From contig CAWICY010000004.1 of NCBI GenBank assembly GCA_963834845.1, positions 729,530-793,529 of the forward strand: a stretch of 64,000 nt of DNA, written 5' to 3'. Below are positions 1 through 11,154 of this stretch, piece after piece. Numbering within the stretch: the first letter of the stretch is position 1; each line of letters opens with the position of its first letter. The notes below the pieces were generated by a model that saw only the letters and a list, made by a program, of their open reading frames with translations, did no database searches and was not told the DNA's origin. The DNA is from an uncultured Pseudomonadota bacterium. Lineage in GTDB: Bacteria > Pseudomonadota > Gammaproteobacteria > Burkholderiales > SG8-39. Position numbers and translations under genes: made by a program.

Positions 1-1
1 C

Positions 2-388
2 GCGGGCTTTCTCGTCGGGCGCGAGGCCGCGCGCCGCATGGTGCCGCGCGCCCGGGGAACGATGCTGTTCACCGGCGCCACCGCCTCGCTGCGCGGCGGC
101 GCCCAATTCGCCGCCTTCGCCGCGGCGAAGGGGGCCTTGCGCGCCGTGGCGCAGTCGCTGGCGCGCGAGCTGGGACCGAAGGGAATCCACGTGGCGCACG
201 TCGTCATCGACGGCATGATCGACACGCAGGCCGCCAGGCAGCGCTTCCCGGAGCGCGCCGCGAGCCTCGGCGAGGACGGCATGCTCGCCCCCGACGCGAT
301 CGCCGAGACCTACTACCGGATCCACGAGCAGCCGCGCTCGGCCTGGACCTTCGAGACCGACCTGCGGCCCTGGGCGGAGAAGTTCTAG
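2..388 (+). CDS. short-chain dehydrogenase/reductase family protein, C-terminal part (5' end outside window)
   Basis: The frame is open from the window edge. FTGATASLRGG...FAAAKGALRAVAQSLARELGPKGIHVAHVVIDG matches the SDR active-site helix and following strand. The usual YxxxK Tyr position reads Phe. Confidence 0.7.
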   Translation, partial: AGFLVGREAARRMVPRARGTMLFTGATASLRGGAQFAAFAAAKGALRAVAQSLARELGPKGIHVAHVVIDGMIDTQAARQRFPERAASLGEDGMLAPDAIAETYYRIHEQPRSAWTFETDLRPWAEKF

Positions 389-408
389 CGGGCGTCGTAC
401 ACTACGGC

Positions 409-1374
409 ATGGACGCCTCTCCGGCCGCGCCCCTGTCGGCGCAGGAAGCCCGCGGCAGCTTCGAGCGCATCGCGCGCAACGTCGAGGCGGTAATTCGCGG
501 CCAGCACGAGTCGGTGAAGAAGCTGCTCGCGGCGTTCGCGGCCGGCGGCCACGTGCTGATCGAGGACTTCCCCGGCACCGGCAAGACCACGCTCGCCAAG
601 GCGCTCGCGGCTTCGGTCGGGGCGCAATTCTCGCGCGTGCAGTTCACCCCGGACCTGCTGCCCTCCGACATCGTCGGCGTGTCGGTGTTCAACCAGCGCG
701 ACCAGAGCTTCGAATTCCGTCCGGGGCCGGTGTTCACCAGCATCCTGCTCGCCGACGAGGTGAACCGCGCCTCGCCGCGCACCCAGTCGGCGCTGCTCGA
801 GGTGATGGCCGAGGGCCAGGTCTCGACCGAGGGCCGCACGCACCGCATGGACGAGCTGTTCTTCGTCATCGCGACGCAGAACCCGGTGGAGTTCCGCGGC
901 ACCTACCCGCTACCCGAGGCGCAGATGGACCGCTTCGCGCTCGCCATCTCGCTCGGCTACGTCGACCCGGACACCGAGGTCGCCGTGCTGAGCGCGCAGG
1001 AGCTCGGCCACCCGCTCGATCGCGCGACCGCGGTGGTGACGCGCAGCGAGGTGCTGGCGCTGAAGGAGCGGGTGCGCCACGTGCGCATCGCCGACGAGAT
1101 CAAGCACTACGTGGTCGAGCTGGTGCGCAGGACGCGCGCCGCGCCGCAGGTCGCGCTGGGCTGCGGGCCGCGCGCCTCCATCGCGCTGGCGCAGACCGCC
1201 AAGGCCTATGCCCTGTTCGAGGGCGAGGACTACGTGCGGCCGGAGCATGTGCAGAGCCTCGCCGCAGCGGTGCTCGCGCATCGCATCGTTGTCGATCCGC
1301 AGGCGAAGTTCGCTGGCGTCACCGCCGCGTCGCTGGTTGCCGAGATCCTGAAGGGCACGGCCGCGCCCGCCTGA
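409..1374 (+). CDS. MoxR-family AAA+ ATPase
   Basis: Walker A in HVLIEDFPGTGKTTLAKALA, Walker B in ILLADEVNRASPRTQSALLEVM, and FFVIATQNPVEFRGTYPLPEAQMDRF. Length is 321 aa, typical of MoxR/AAA_3. Confidence 0.9.
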   Translation: MDASPAAPLSAQEARGSFERIARNVEAVIRGQHESVKKLLAAFAAGGHVLIEDFPGTGKTTLAKALAASVGAQFSRVQFTPDLLPSDIVGVSVFNQRDQSFEFRPGPVFTSILLADEVNRASPRTQSALLEVMAEGQVSTEGRTHRMDELFFVIATQNPVEFRGTYPLPEAQMDRFALAISLGYVDPDTEVAVLSAQELGHPLDRATAVVTRSEVLALKERVRHVRIADEIKHYVVELVRRTRAAPQVALGCGPRASIALAQTAKAYALFEGEDYVRPEHVQSLAAAVLAHRIVVDPQAKFAGVTAASLVAEILKGTAAPA

Positions 1375-1381
1375 GGGCCGC

Positions 1382-2713
1382 ATGAAGCGACTGGTCTACG
1401 CCTCGCTGCGCTGGTTCAGCTCGATCCAGCATTTCGCCGGCGAGCGGCTCACCATGGCGGGCAAGATCGCGCTCGGCGCAGCCGGCGCCGCGGCGCTCGC
1501 CGGTGTCGACACCAACCAGACGCTCACCTACCAGGCGTTCACCTTCCTGTGGGCGCTGCTCGCGGTCGCCTACGCCGGCAGCCTCGCATTCCGCGCCCGC
1601 GTCGCCGTCGAGCGCGAGCTGCCGCGCTATGCGACCGCGGGCGAGCCGTTCAGCTATCGCGTCACCGTGTCCAATCTCGGCGCGCGCCCGCTCGCCGGGG
1701 CGACGCTCGCCGAGCGCTTCCCTGATCCGCGGCCCGGCTACGCCGCGTGGCGCGCCGCGCGCGAGCCGGGCGAGCGGCGGCGCAACTGGTTCGACCGCAA
1801 CGCGGGCTACTTCCGCTGGCAGTGGCTCATCGAGCGCCGCCTGCCGCAGCCGGCCGGGGAGACGCCGCTGCCCGCGCTCGCCGCGGGCGCGCGCGGCACG
1901 GTGCGCCTCGCCATGACGCCGCGGCGCCGCGGGCGCATCGAGCTCGCGGGCCTGACGCTCGCGCGCCGCGATCCGCTCGGGCTGGTGAAGGGCCTGGCGC
2001 GCGTGGCGGCGCCCGCGCGCGTCATCGCGCTGCCCAGGCGCTACCGCGTGCCCGAGCTCGCGCTGCCGGGCAGGCGCAAGTTCCAGCAGGGCGGCGTGTC
2101 GCGCGTCGCCTCGGTGGGCGACTCCGAGGAATTCATCGGCCTGCGCGATTACCAGCCGGGCGACCCGCTGCACCGCGTGCACTGGAAGAGCTTCGCGCGC
2201 AGCGGGCGCCCGATCGTCAAGGAGTTCCAGGACGAGTTTTTCGAGCGCCACGCGCTGGTGCTCGACACCGGGCGCGCTGAGGGCGAGGACGCCGCGTTCG
2301 AGGACGCGGTGGCCGTGGCCGCCTCGTTCGTCTATACGATCGATACGCTGGAGTGCCTGCTTGATCTCTTGTTCGTCGGCGACCGCGTGCACAGCTACTC
2401 GGCCGGCCGCGGCCAGCTGCAGGCCGACCGCATGCTCGAGGTTCTCGCCGGCGTGTGCGCCAGCGCGCCCGCCGAGTTCGATCTACTCGCGCGCGCGGTG
2501 CTCGGCCAGGCCGGACGTCTTTCCAGTTGCATCGTGATACTCACGGACTGGGACGAGCGCCGGCGCCGCTTCGTCGAGTCGCTCATGGGCCTGGGCTTGG
2601 AGGTGCACGCGCTGCTGGTGTGCCTGCCCGAGGAGCGGCCGGCCGAGCCGCCCGCGTGGCTGCTGGCGCTGCACCCGGGCGGGATCGAGGCCGGGCTGGC
2701 GAGGCTCAAATGA
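1382..2713 (+). CDS. DUF58 domain protein (MoxR partner)
   Basis: Starts 7 nt after the moxR stop. Has N-terminal TM segments and the DUF58 core LRDYQPGDPLHRVHWKSFARSGRPIVKEF. Confidence 0.85.
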   Translation: MKRLVYASLRWFSSIQHFAGERLTMAGKIALGAAGAAALAGVDTNQTLTYQAFTFLWALLAVAYAGSLAFRARVAVERELPRYATAGEPFSYRVTVSNLGARPLAGATLAERFPDPRPGYAAWRAAREPGERRRNWFDRNAGYFRWQWLIERRLPQPAGETPLPALAAGARGTVRLAMTPRRRGRIELAGLTLARRDPLGLVKGLARVAAPARVIALPRRYRVPELALPGRRKFQQGGVSRVASVGDSEEFIGLRDYQPGDPLHRVHWKSFARSGRPIVKEFQDEFFERHALVLDTGRAEGEDAAFEDAVAVAASFVYTIDTLECLLDLLFVGDRVHSYSAGRGQLQADRMLEVLAGVCASAPAEFDLLARAVLGQAGRLSSCIVILTDWDERRRRFVESLMGLGLEVHALLVCLPEERPAEPPAWLLALHPGGIEAGLARLK

Positions 2714-4689
2714 CCGTTCCGCCGCTCGTGCTCGGCGCCGCGCTCGCGTTCTGGGGCTGGCAGACGCACAACCTGCTCGCCGGTGCGCTGCTCGCAGCGC
2801 TGGTAGAGGGGCCGCACTTCACTTCCTTCCGGCTCGAGCTGCGCGAGGTCGACTACCGCCGCGTGGCGGACCTTTGCACCCTGCTGCTCGCCGCGATCGG
2901 CGCCCTGCTGGTGGCCACGCGCGGCCTGCCGCGCGGGGTGTTCGGCACGCTGCAATGGCTGCCCGCGCTGCTCGCGCCGATCCTGGTAGCGCAACGCTTC
3001 GGCGCCGCCGGCACCGTGCGCCTCTCCGCGCTGTTCCACACCCTGCGCCGTCGGAAAGCGCGCGACCCTTCGGTGAGCGACCCGCAGGTCGACCTCTCGG
3101 GGGTGTTCCTCGCGACGGTGGCCCTCGCTGCGGGCGGCGCCAACTCGCGCGGCCCGGGTTTCTACGTCGGCATCGCCGCGCTCGCCGGCTGGACCCTGTA
3201 CGCGCTGCGGCCGCGCCACACCGCGGCCGCCGCCTGGGGACTCGCCTTCGCGTGTGCGACCGGCCTGGGCTACGTGGGCCAGGTAGGCCTGGCCCGGCTG
3301 CAGGCGCAGCTCGAAGCGCTCGCAGCCGACTGGTACCTGCGCGCGCCGATCGACCCGTACCAGAGCCACACCGACATCGGCTCGATCGGGCGGCTGAAGC
3401 TCGACGACACCATCCTCATGCGCGTACGCATTCCGGAGGGCCAGGAGGCGCGCGCGCGGCTGCTGCATGGCGCGAGCTACAACACCTATGGCGGCGGCAC
3501 CTGGACCGCGCGCGACGCGCCGCTCGAGCCGCTGGCAGCCGAGCCCGACGGCGCGACCTGGGTGCTCGGGCGCCGGGCGCCCACCTCCTCGGTGGTGATC
3601 GAGGCGCGCACCGAGGACGGCAAGGCGCTGCTCGCGCTGCCCGCGGGAACGATGCGCGTCGCCGGCCTGCCGGCGGAATCGCTGCGCCGCAACGCGCTCG
3701 GCGCGGTGCTCGCCGAAGCGAAGACCGACTGGATCGGCTATGCGGCGCGCTACGCCGCCGACGCCGGCCCCGACGAGGCACCGCCCGCGGCGCTCGATCT
3801 CGCCATTCCCGCCGCGGAGCGCGCGGCGCTCGCGCGCGTCGCGGCCGAGATCGGGCTGCGCGGCGTGGCGCCTGGCGAGGCCGCGCGGCGCGTGACCAAG
3901 TTCCTGGCACGCTTTCGCTACTCGACCTTTCGCGAGCACGCGCCGCGCAGCGGCCTGACGCCGCTCGCGGACTTCCTGCTGGTATCGCAAAGCGGCCATT
4001 GCGAGTACTTCGCCGCGGCCACCACGCTGCTCCTGCGCGCGGGCGGCGTGCCCGCGCGCTACGCCACGGGCTACGTGGCGCGCGAGTACAGCACGCTGGA
4101 GGACTCCGTCGTGGTGCGCGCGCGGCACGCGCACGCCTGGACGCGGGCGTTCATCGGCGGGCGCTGGGTAGAGCTCGACACCACGCCGCCCGTCTGGTTC
4201 GAGGCCGAGGCGCAGCTCGCGCCCGCATGGCAGGGGCTGAGCGACGTGCTGCGCTGGGCGCTGTTCCGCTGGTCGCGGCGCGGCACGGGCGAGACCTCCG
4301 ATCTGTGGTGGTGGGTGCTCGCGGCGCTGGTCGCGCTACTCGGCCTGCGGTTGTTCGCGGGGCGCCGCGCGGTGCGGCGCACGGCGCCTGGCAGGCCGCC
4401 CGTGCGCCGCTACCCGGGGATGGACTCCGAGTTCTACGCGGTCGAGCGCTCGCTCGCGGCGCGCGGCGCGCCGCGCGCGTCGCACGAGTCGCTGGCGGGC
4501 TGGGCGCTGCGGGCCGCGGGCGCCATCGACGCAACGCAGCGCGCCGAGCTGCTCGAGACGCTCGCGCTGCACCAGCGCTATCGCTTCGACCCCGCGGGCC
4601 TGAGCCCCGCCGAGCGCCGCGCGCTGCGCGAGCGCTCGCAGGCGCTCGCGCGTGCGCTCGGGGCGGCTCGATTAGAATCGGCCTCATAA
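2710..4689 (+). CDS. transglutaminase-like membrane protein (DUF3488/TGase type)
   Basis: ATGA overlap with the DUF58 stop. N-terminal multi-TM region (MTVPPLVLGAALAFWGW...). Transglutaminase core SGHCEYFAAATTLLLRAGGVPARYATGY ... ARHAHAWTRAF ... WVELDTTP (Cys/His/Asp context). The upstream part of ORF 2455..4689 overlaps DUF58 and is not used. Confidence 0.85.
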   Translation: MTVPPLVLGAALAFWGWQTHNLLAGALLAALVEGPHFTSFRLELREVDYRRVADLCTLLLAAIGALLVATRGLPRGVFGTLQWLPALLAPILVAQRFGAAGTVRLSALFHTLRRRKARDPSVSDPQVDLSGVFLATVALAAGGANSRGPGFYVGIAALAGWTLYALRPRHTAAAAWGLAFACATGLGYVGQVGLARLQAQLEALAADWYLRAPIDPYQSHTDIGSIGRLKLDDTILMRVRIPEGQEARARLLHGASYNTYGGGTWTARDAPLEPLAAEPDGATWVLGRRAPTSSVVIEARTEDGKALLALPAGTMRVAGLPAESLRRNALGAVLAEAKTDWIGYAARYAADAGPDEAPPAALDLAIPAAERAALARVAAEIGLRGVAPGEAARRVTKFLARFRYSTFREHAPRSGLTPLADFLLVSQSGHCEYFAAATTLLLRAGGVPARYATGYVAREYSTLEDSVVVRARHAHAWTRAFIGGRWVELDTTPPVWFEAEAQLAPAWQGLSDVLRWALFRWSRRGTGETSDLWWWVLAALVALLGLRLFAGRRAVRRTAPGRPPVRRYPGMDSEFYAVERSLAARGAPRASHESLAGWALRAAGAIDATQRAELLETLALHQRYRFDPAGLSPAERRALRERSQALARALGAARLESAS

Positions 4690-4707
4690 GGGCTCGCGGA
4701 GGCGGCA

Positions 4708-5679
4708 TTGGGCACGGTGGTGGCACTGACTGGGCAGGTAGGCGGAGCGAAGCTCGCCGACGGGCTGTACAAGCTGCGCGGCGCCGACCTCGCAGTGATC
4801 GTCAACACGGGCGACGATTTCGAGCACCTGGGGCTCGCGTTCTCGCCCGATATCGACACCGTGCTCTACGCGCTCGCCGGCATCGCGAGCCGCGAGGCAG
4901 GCTGGCAGCCGGCGGGCGAGACGCAGTCGCTTTACGGCATGCTGACCGCGCTCGGCGGCCCAGACCGGCCGATGCTCGGCGACAAGTCGCTCGCCGCGTG
5001 CCTGCTGCGCGCCGAGGGCCGGCGCGACGACCGGTCCCTGACCGACCTCACGCTGCAGTTCTGCCGCAACCTCGGGATCGCCGCGCGCGTGCTGCCGATG
5101 AGCGACGACCAGGTGCGCACCTACGTCGACACCGCTGACGGCGCGATCGCCTTTCCCGAGTACTTCAACGCGCTCGCCTGCGAGCCCCAGGTGAAGGGCT
5201 TCCAGTACGTCGGCGCCGAGGACGCGCGCGTTTCCGACGCGGTGCTCGATGCGCTGCACGCCAACGACCTCGAGGCGGTGGTGATCGGGCCGGCGAACCC
5301 CTACCACTCGATTCGCCCGATCCTCGAGATCGGCGGCATGCGGCAGCTGCTCAGGAAGCGCGGCGCGCCGGTGGTGGCGGTGACGCCCATCGTCGGCGCC
5401 AAGGCGCTCACGGGCTCGGCGGGCAAGATGATGCGCGAGCTCGGGCACGAGGTCTCGGCGCGCTCGGCGGCGATGGAGTACTACAAGCTGATCGACGGCT
5501 TCGTCATCGACGCGATCGACGCCGACCAGGCCGACGGCATCCTCGCGAGCGGCATCGAAGTGCTGATCGCGCAGACGGTGATGCGCACGGCCGAGGACCG
5601 CGTCGCGCTGGCGCAAACGGTGCTCGATTTCGCGCGCGCCATCCGCGAGCACAAGCTGCGCGAAGGCGAGAGCGCCTAG
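4708..5679 (+). CDS. cofD: CofD-family 2-phospho-L-lactate transferase homologue
   Basis: Aligns from memory along the full length of archaeal CofD: VVALTGQVGGAKLADGL, VIVNTGDDFEHLGLAFSPDIDTVLYALAG, LPMSDDQVRTYV, VIGPANPYHSIRPIL, VVAVTPIVGAKALTGSAGKMM. Start is TTG at 4708; GTG 4717/4720 are alternatives. Confidence 0.8.
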   Translation: MGTVVALTGQVGGAKLADGLYKLRGADLAVIVNTGDDFEHLGLAFSPDIDTVLYALAGIASREAGWQPAGETQSLYGMLTALGGPDRPMLGDKSLAACLLRAEGRRDDRSLTDLTLQFCRNLGIAARVLPMSDDQVRTYVDTADGAIAFPEYFNALACEPQVKGFQYVGAEDARVSDAVLDALHANDLEAVVIGPANPYHSIRPILEIGGMRQLLRKRGAPVVAVTPIVGAKALTGSAGKMMRELGHEVSARSAAMEYYKLIDGFVIDAIDADQADGILASGIEVLIAQTVMRTAEDRVALAQTVLDFARAIREHKLREGESA

Positions 5680-5711
5680 AGCGCGGCCAGCGCCTAAAGG
5701 GCGGCCGGCGC

Positions 5712-5730
<19 letters not shown>
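5671..5730. repeat. 18-bp tandem repeat, about 3.3 copies (consensus AGCGCCTAGAGGGCGGCC), at the convergent cofD/aceE junction
   Basis: Units at 5671-5688, 5689-5706, 5707-5724 and a partial fourth, each 15-16/18 identical to the others. The CTAG/CTAA core gives in-frame stops for cofD (5677, 5695, 5713) and for aceE on the other strand (5712-14, 5694-96, 5676-78). Confidence 0.85.
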
Positions 5731-8305
<2,575 letters not shown>

Positions 8306-8519
8306 GGCAGCGCCCGGATGTCGGCAAGGGAACGGGCCATCGTAGCGCGATGGAAAAGCGTGGTATAGTGCTGGCCGCAGGCTGTTCAAGCAGTGAATTT
8401 GTGCAGACCCCTCACGCCGCTCCTGCGGCGACCGCAGTGGCAAACAGTTCCCCTTCTTGACGTCGTGCCCGGATGCCTTGGCCCGGAATTGCCTCGGCTT
8501 ATTCAGGAAAGGAAACACT

Positions 8520-8723
8520 ATGGCCACCGGTACGGTGAAATGGTTTAGCGACCAGAAAGGCTTCGGCTTCATTACCCCTGATGGGGGCGGCGAAGACGTG
8601 TTCGCGCATCACAGCGCGATCCAGATGAGCGGCTACAAGACGCTCAAGGAAGGCCAGAAGGTCGAGTTCGACTCGCAGAAGGGCCCGAAGGGCCTGCAAG
8701 CCGCGAACGTACGCCCGCTGTAA
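8520..8723 (+). CDS. cspA: cold-shock protein, CspA family
   Basis: [35 protein letters not shown] carries the RNP1/RNP2 motifs. 67 aa. GGAAAGGAAA RBS lies upstream. The longer ORF start at 8457 is rejected. Confidence 0.95.
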   Translation: MATGTVKWFSDQKGFGFITPDGGGEDVFAHHSAIQMSGYKTLKEGQKVEFDSQKGPKGLQAANVRPL

Positions 8724-8743
8724 AGCGGCGCAACGCCAAAGTA

Positions 8744-8770
8744 AGGCCCGGGAAACCGGGCCTTTTTTTT
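8744..8770 (+). terminator. rho-independent terminator after cspA
   Basis: AGGCCCGG-GAAA-CCGGGCCT hairpin followed by T8. Confidence 0.85.
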
Positions 8771-8787
8771 GGGGACGATGGGTTCGA

Positions 8788-10131
8788 CTAGCCCGGCCGC
8801 CGCAGCCGGCCGCGCACCAGCGCGATGTGGCTGCGCAGGTTGTAGAGCTCGTCCGTGTAGGACAGCGGCACGGCGATGTGGGCGGCCCTGGCGTCGAGCC
8901 GGTCCAGCTCTTCGAGCAGGCCCGCCGCCGGCACGGCGCCGCCGGCGAGCCGCTCCTCGATGTCGCGCAGCTGCCGGTACCAGCGGAAGATGCGGCGGCG
9001 CATGCGGAACTCGTACAGCGGCGGCACGATGCGCGACAGCGGGATCACCGCGGCGATGATGGTGATCAGCACGACCCACATGCGGTCGATCAGGTTGGCC
9101 AGCCAGAACGGCAGGTAGCGCTGCAAGAGCGGCGGGCCGCTGCGGTAGTAGCGCTCGGCTTCCGGCGCGAGCGGAAACTCCGTGCTTTGCGCCGTAGGAA
9201 ACCGCCCGGCGCGCGCCATCCATCCGGCGCCGCCGTGGATCCTGCTCGCCGCCTGAACGAACAGCTGCACCAGCGCCGGGTGGGTACTTTCGCGCGCCAC
9301 CAGCGAGGTGGTGGGCGCGAGCAGCGGCACGTCGTGCGCGGGCACGTCGCGCGCGAGATCCGCCACGCCACGCGGCAGCACCACCGGGCTGAGGAACGGG
9401 AAGCGGCGCGCGTAGGCCTCCGCCTGCGGGACCTCGAACAGCTTCACGCCGGGGGTCTGCAGCAGCATCTGCACCATCGGCGATTCGGGGGCCGAGGCGA
9501 ACGCCAACGCGTCCAGCTCGCCGCCGAGCAGCGCCACCACCGCCGGGGTCAGGTCGAGGCCGGCCGGCTTCAGGCTGTCGCGCTCGATGCCGTTGGCCTC
9601 GAGCAGCTTCTTCATCAGGCCGGGCGTGCCGCTGCCGCGCGCGCCGAAGTTGACGCGCCAGCCGTGCAGCTGCGTGAGCTCGGCGAGCGTCGCGTGCGGC
9701 AGGCCGCGCGCCGCCTCCTCCCGGTAGAACAGCCACACCGGCTCGAAGAACAGGCTTCCCAGCGATGCGAGCGGCACGCCGCTCCTGTCCTCGTCGACGG
9801 CGCGCGCGGCGTCGCTCGAGCCGCCCTGCACGAAACCGAGGTCGACGTTCCGCTTCGGGTCGCGCAGCGCGTGCAGATTTTCCAGCGAGCCGCGCGTGGG
9901 CTCCAGGACGACCTCGATGCCGTAGCGCTTGAGCTCCTGCACGTAGCGCTTGCCGAACTCGGCGTAGGCGCTTTGCTCCGGGCCAGTGGCGAGCACCACC
10001 CGCCTGGGCGGCGCCGGCTGCAGCAGGAAATAGGCGACGGCGAGCAGCGCCAGCACGAGCAGCACGAACGGCCCCGCCGCGACCAGCAGGTCGCGCGCGG
10101 AAATCAGCGTGTCGCGGATGATGCGGGGCAT
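8788..10131 (-). CDS. TAXI-family TRAP-type solute-binding protein with C-terminal membrane extension
   Basis: N-terminal TM, then LATGPEQSAYAEFGKRY...LEPTRGSLENLHAL...VDLGFVQGG, typical of COG2358/TAXI receptors. C-terminal TM LPFWLANLIDRMWVVLITIIAAVIP. 447 aa. Confidence 0.75.
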   Translation of the reverse strand: MPRIIRDTLISARDLLVAAGPFVLLVLALLAVAYFLLQPAPPRRVVLATGPEQSAYAEFGKRYVQELKRYGIEVVLEPTRGSLENLHALRDPKRNVDLGFVQGGSSDAARAVDEDRSGVPLASLGSLFFEPVWLFYREEAARGLPHATLAELTQLHGWRVNFGARGSGTPGLMKKLLEANGIERDSLKPAGLDLTPAVVALLGGELDALAFASAPESPMVQMLLQTPGVKLFEVPQAEAYARRFPFLSPVVLPRGVADLARDVPAHDVPLLAPTTSLVARESTHPALVQLFVQAASRIHGGAGWMARAGRFPTAQSTEFPLAPEAERYYRSGPPLLQRYLPFWLANLIDRMWVVLITIIAAVIPLSRIVPPLYEFRMRRRIFRWYRQLRDIEERLAGGAVPAAGLLEELDRLDARAAHIAVPLSYTDELYNLRSHIALVRGRLRRPG

Positions 10132-10203
10132 GTGGCTTGTGCGGTGCCGGCTACAGGGGTCAACCCCCGCGCCATTGCAGGCTCTCCGGGTAGCTGGTTC
10201 TGG

Positions 10204-10236
10204 AATCCGCCGCTCAATCCGCCGCTCGTCCGCCGT
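10204..10236. repeat. 12-bp tandem repeat AATCCGCCGCTC, about 2.7 copies
   Basis: 10204-10215 and 10216-10227 are identical, with a partial third copy. Lies 73 nt upstream of the TAXI gene start, inside a 535-nt intergenic region. Confidence 0.7.
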
Positions 10237-10666
10237 ACGATGCGCTAATTGGCTGCAAGCGTTTCCCGTACTTGGCCCGCCACGCGAGGGCTATATTGTT
10301 CTTAGGCTCCCGCTGTGACCGCTCTACCTGGCTCATGCGGCAAGGATAATCCATACATGCGATTCCGGCGCAACTCTCACGGCGGCATGGGCTTCGGCTG
10401 GGCCCACAGCCCGCGGCGTCCAATCCGGGCGTCGTGCTCGATCCCGTACACAGCACGAAGTTCTTCGGCGCGCAGCTACGATGCACCCAGGCCATGTCTG
10501 AACGCCTCGCTGACTCGAATTCAAACTCGCCAATTGACCCCTCTCAATCGGGCGCGAAGTTTCCGCGAGCGGTTGCGGAACGGACTTATCGCGCCGTCGT
10601 ATGCTTACCCCGGGATGCTCGGGGGCCACTGACCTCTCGCCGCCCCGGAAACTCACAGGAGGGACC

Positions 10667-11143
10667 ATGATCAAGCTCAACGTGAACGGCCGCGTCCACG
10701 ACGTGGACGTGGAGCCGGAGATGCCGCTGCTCTGGGTGCTGCGCGACCACCTCAACCTGCACGGCGCCAAGTACGGTTGCGGCATCTCGCTGTGCGGAGC
10801 CTGCACCGTGCACCTGGACGGCGAGCCGGTGCGCTCCTGCGGGCTGCCGGCGGCCGCCGCCGCGGGAAGAAAGATCGTCACCATCGAGGGGCTCGCCGCG
10901 CACGGCGTGCACCGCGTGCAGAAGGCGTGGATCGAGCAGGAGGTCCCGCAGTGCGGGTATTGCCAGACCGGGATGATCATGGCGGCCGTTTCCCTGCTCG
11001 AAAAGAAGCCCCGGCCCACGGACGCCGACATCGACGACGCGATGACGAACCTGTGCCGCTGCGGCACCTACGCGCGGGTGCGCAAAGCGATTCACGCGGC
11101 GGCCTCGCTGGCCGGCGCGGCCGCGCCCGCGACGAAGTCCTGA
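10667..11143 (+). CDS. iorA: (2Fe-2S)-binding small subunit of an aldehyde oxidase / isoquinoline 1-oxidoreductase-type molybdoenzyme
   Basis: MIKLNVNG...[16 protein letters not shown]...[12 protein letters not shown]...[11 protein letters not shown] gives two [2Fe-2S] Cys clusters. AGGAGGG RBS. The upstream part of ORF 10601.. is not used. Confidence 0.9.
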   Translation: MIKLNVNGRVHDVDVEPEMPLLWVLRDHLNLHGAKYGCGISLCGACTVHLDGEPVRSCGLPAAAAAGRKIVTIEGLAAHGVHRVQKAWIEQEVPQCGYCQTGMIMAAVSLLEKKPRPTDADIDDAMTNLCRCGTYARVRKAIHAAASLAGAAAPATKS

Positions 11144-11154
11144 GGACAGGCGCC

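Noticed and set aside
2395-5138. Very long ORFs overlapping or antisense to the DUF58, transglutaminase and cofD genes (2395..4134 minus, 579 aa; 2874..5138 plus, 754 aa; many others of 60-190 aa).
   Set aside because: They are Arg/Ala/Pro/Gly-rich with no motifs, in alternative frames of genes with clear family signatures. Such stop-poor off-frames are typical of ~70 % G+C DNA.
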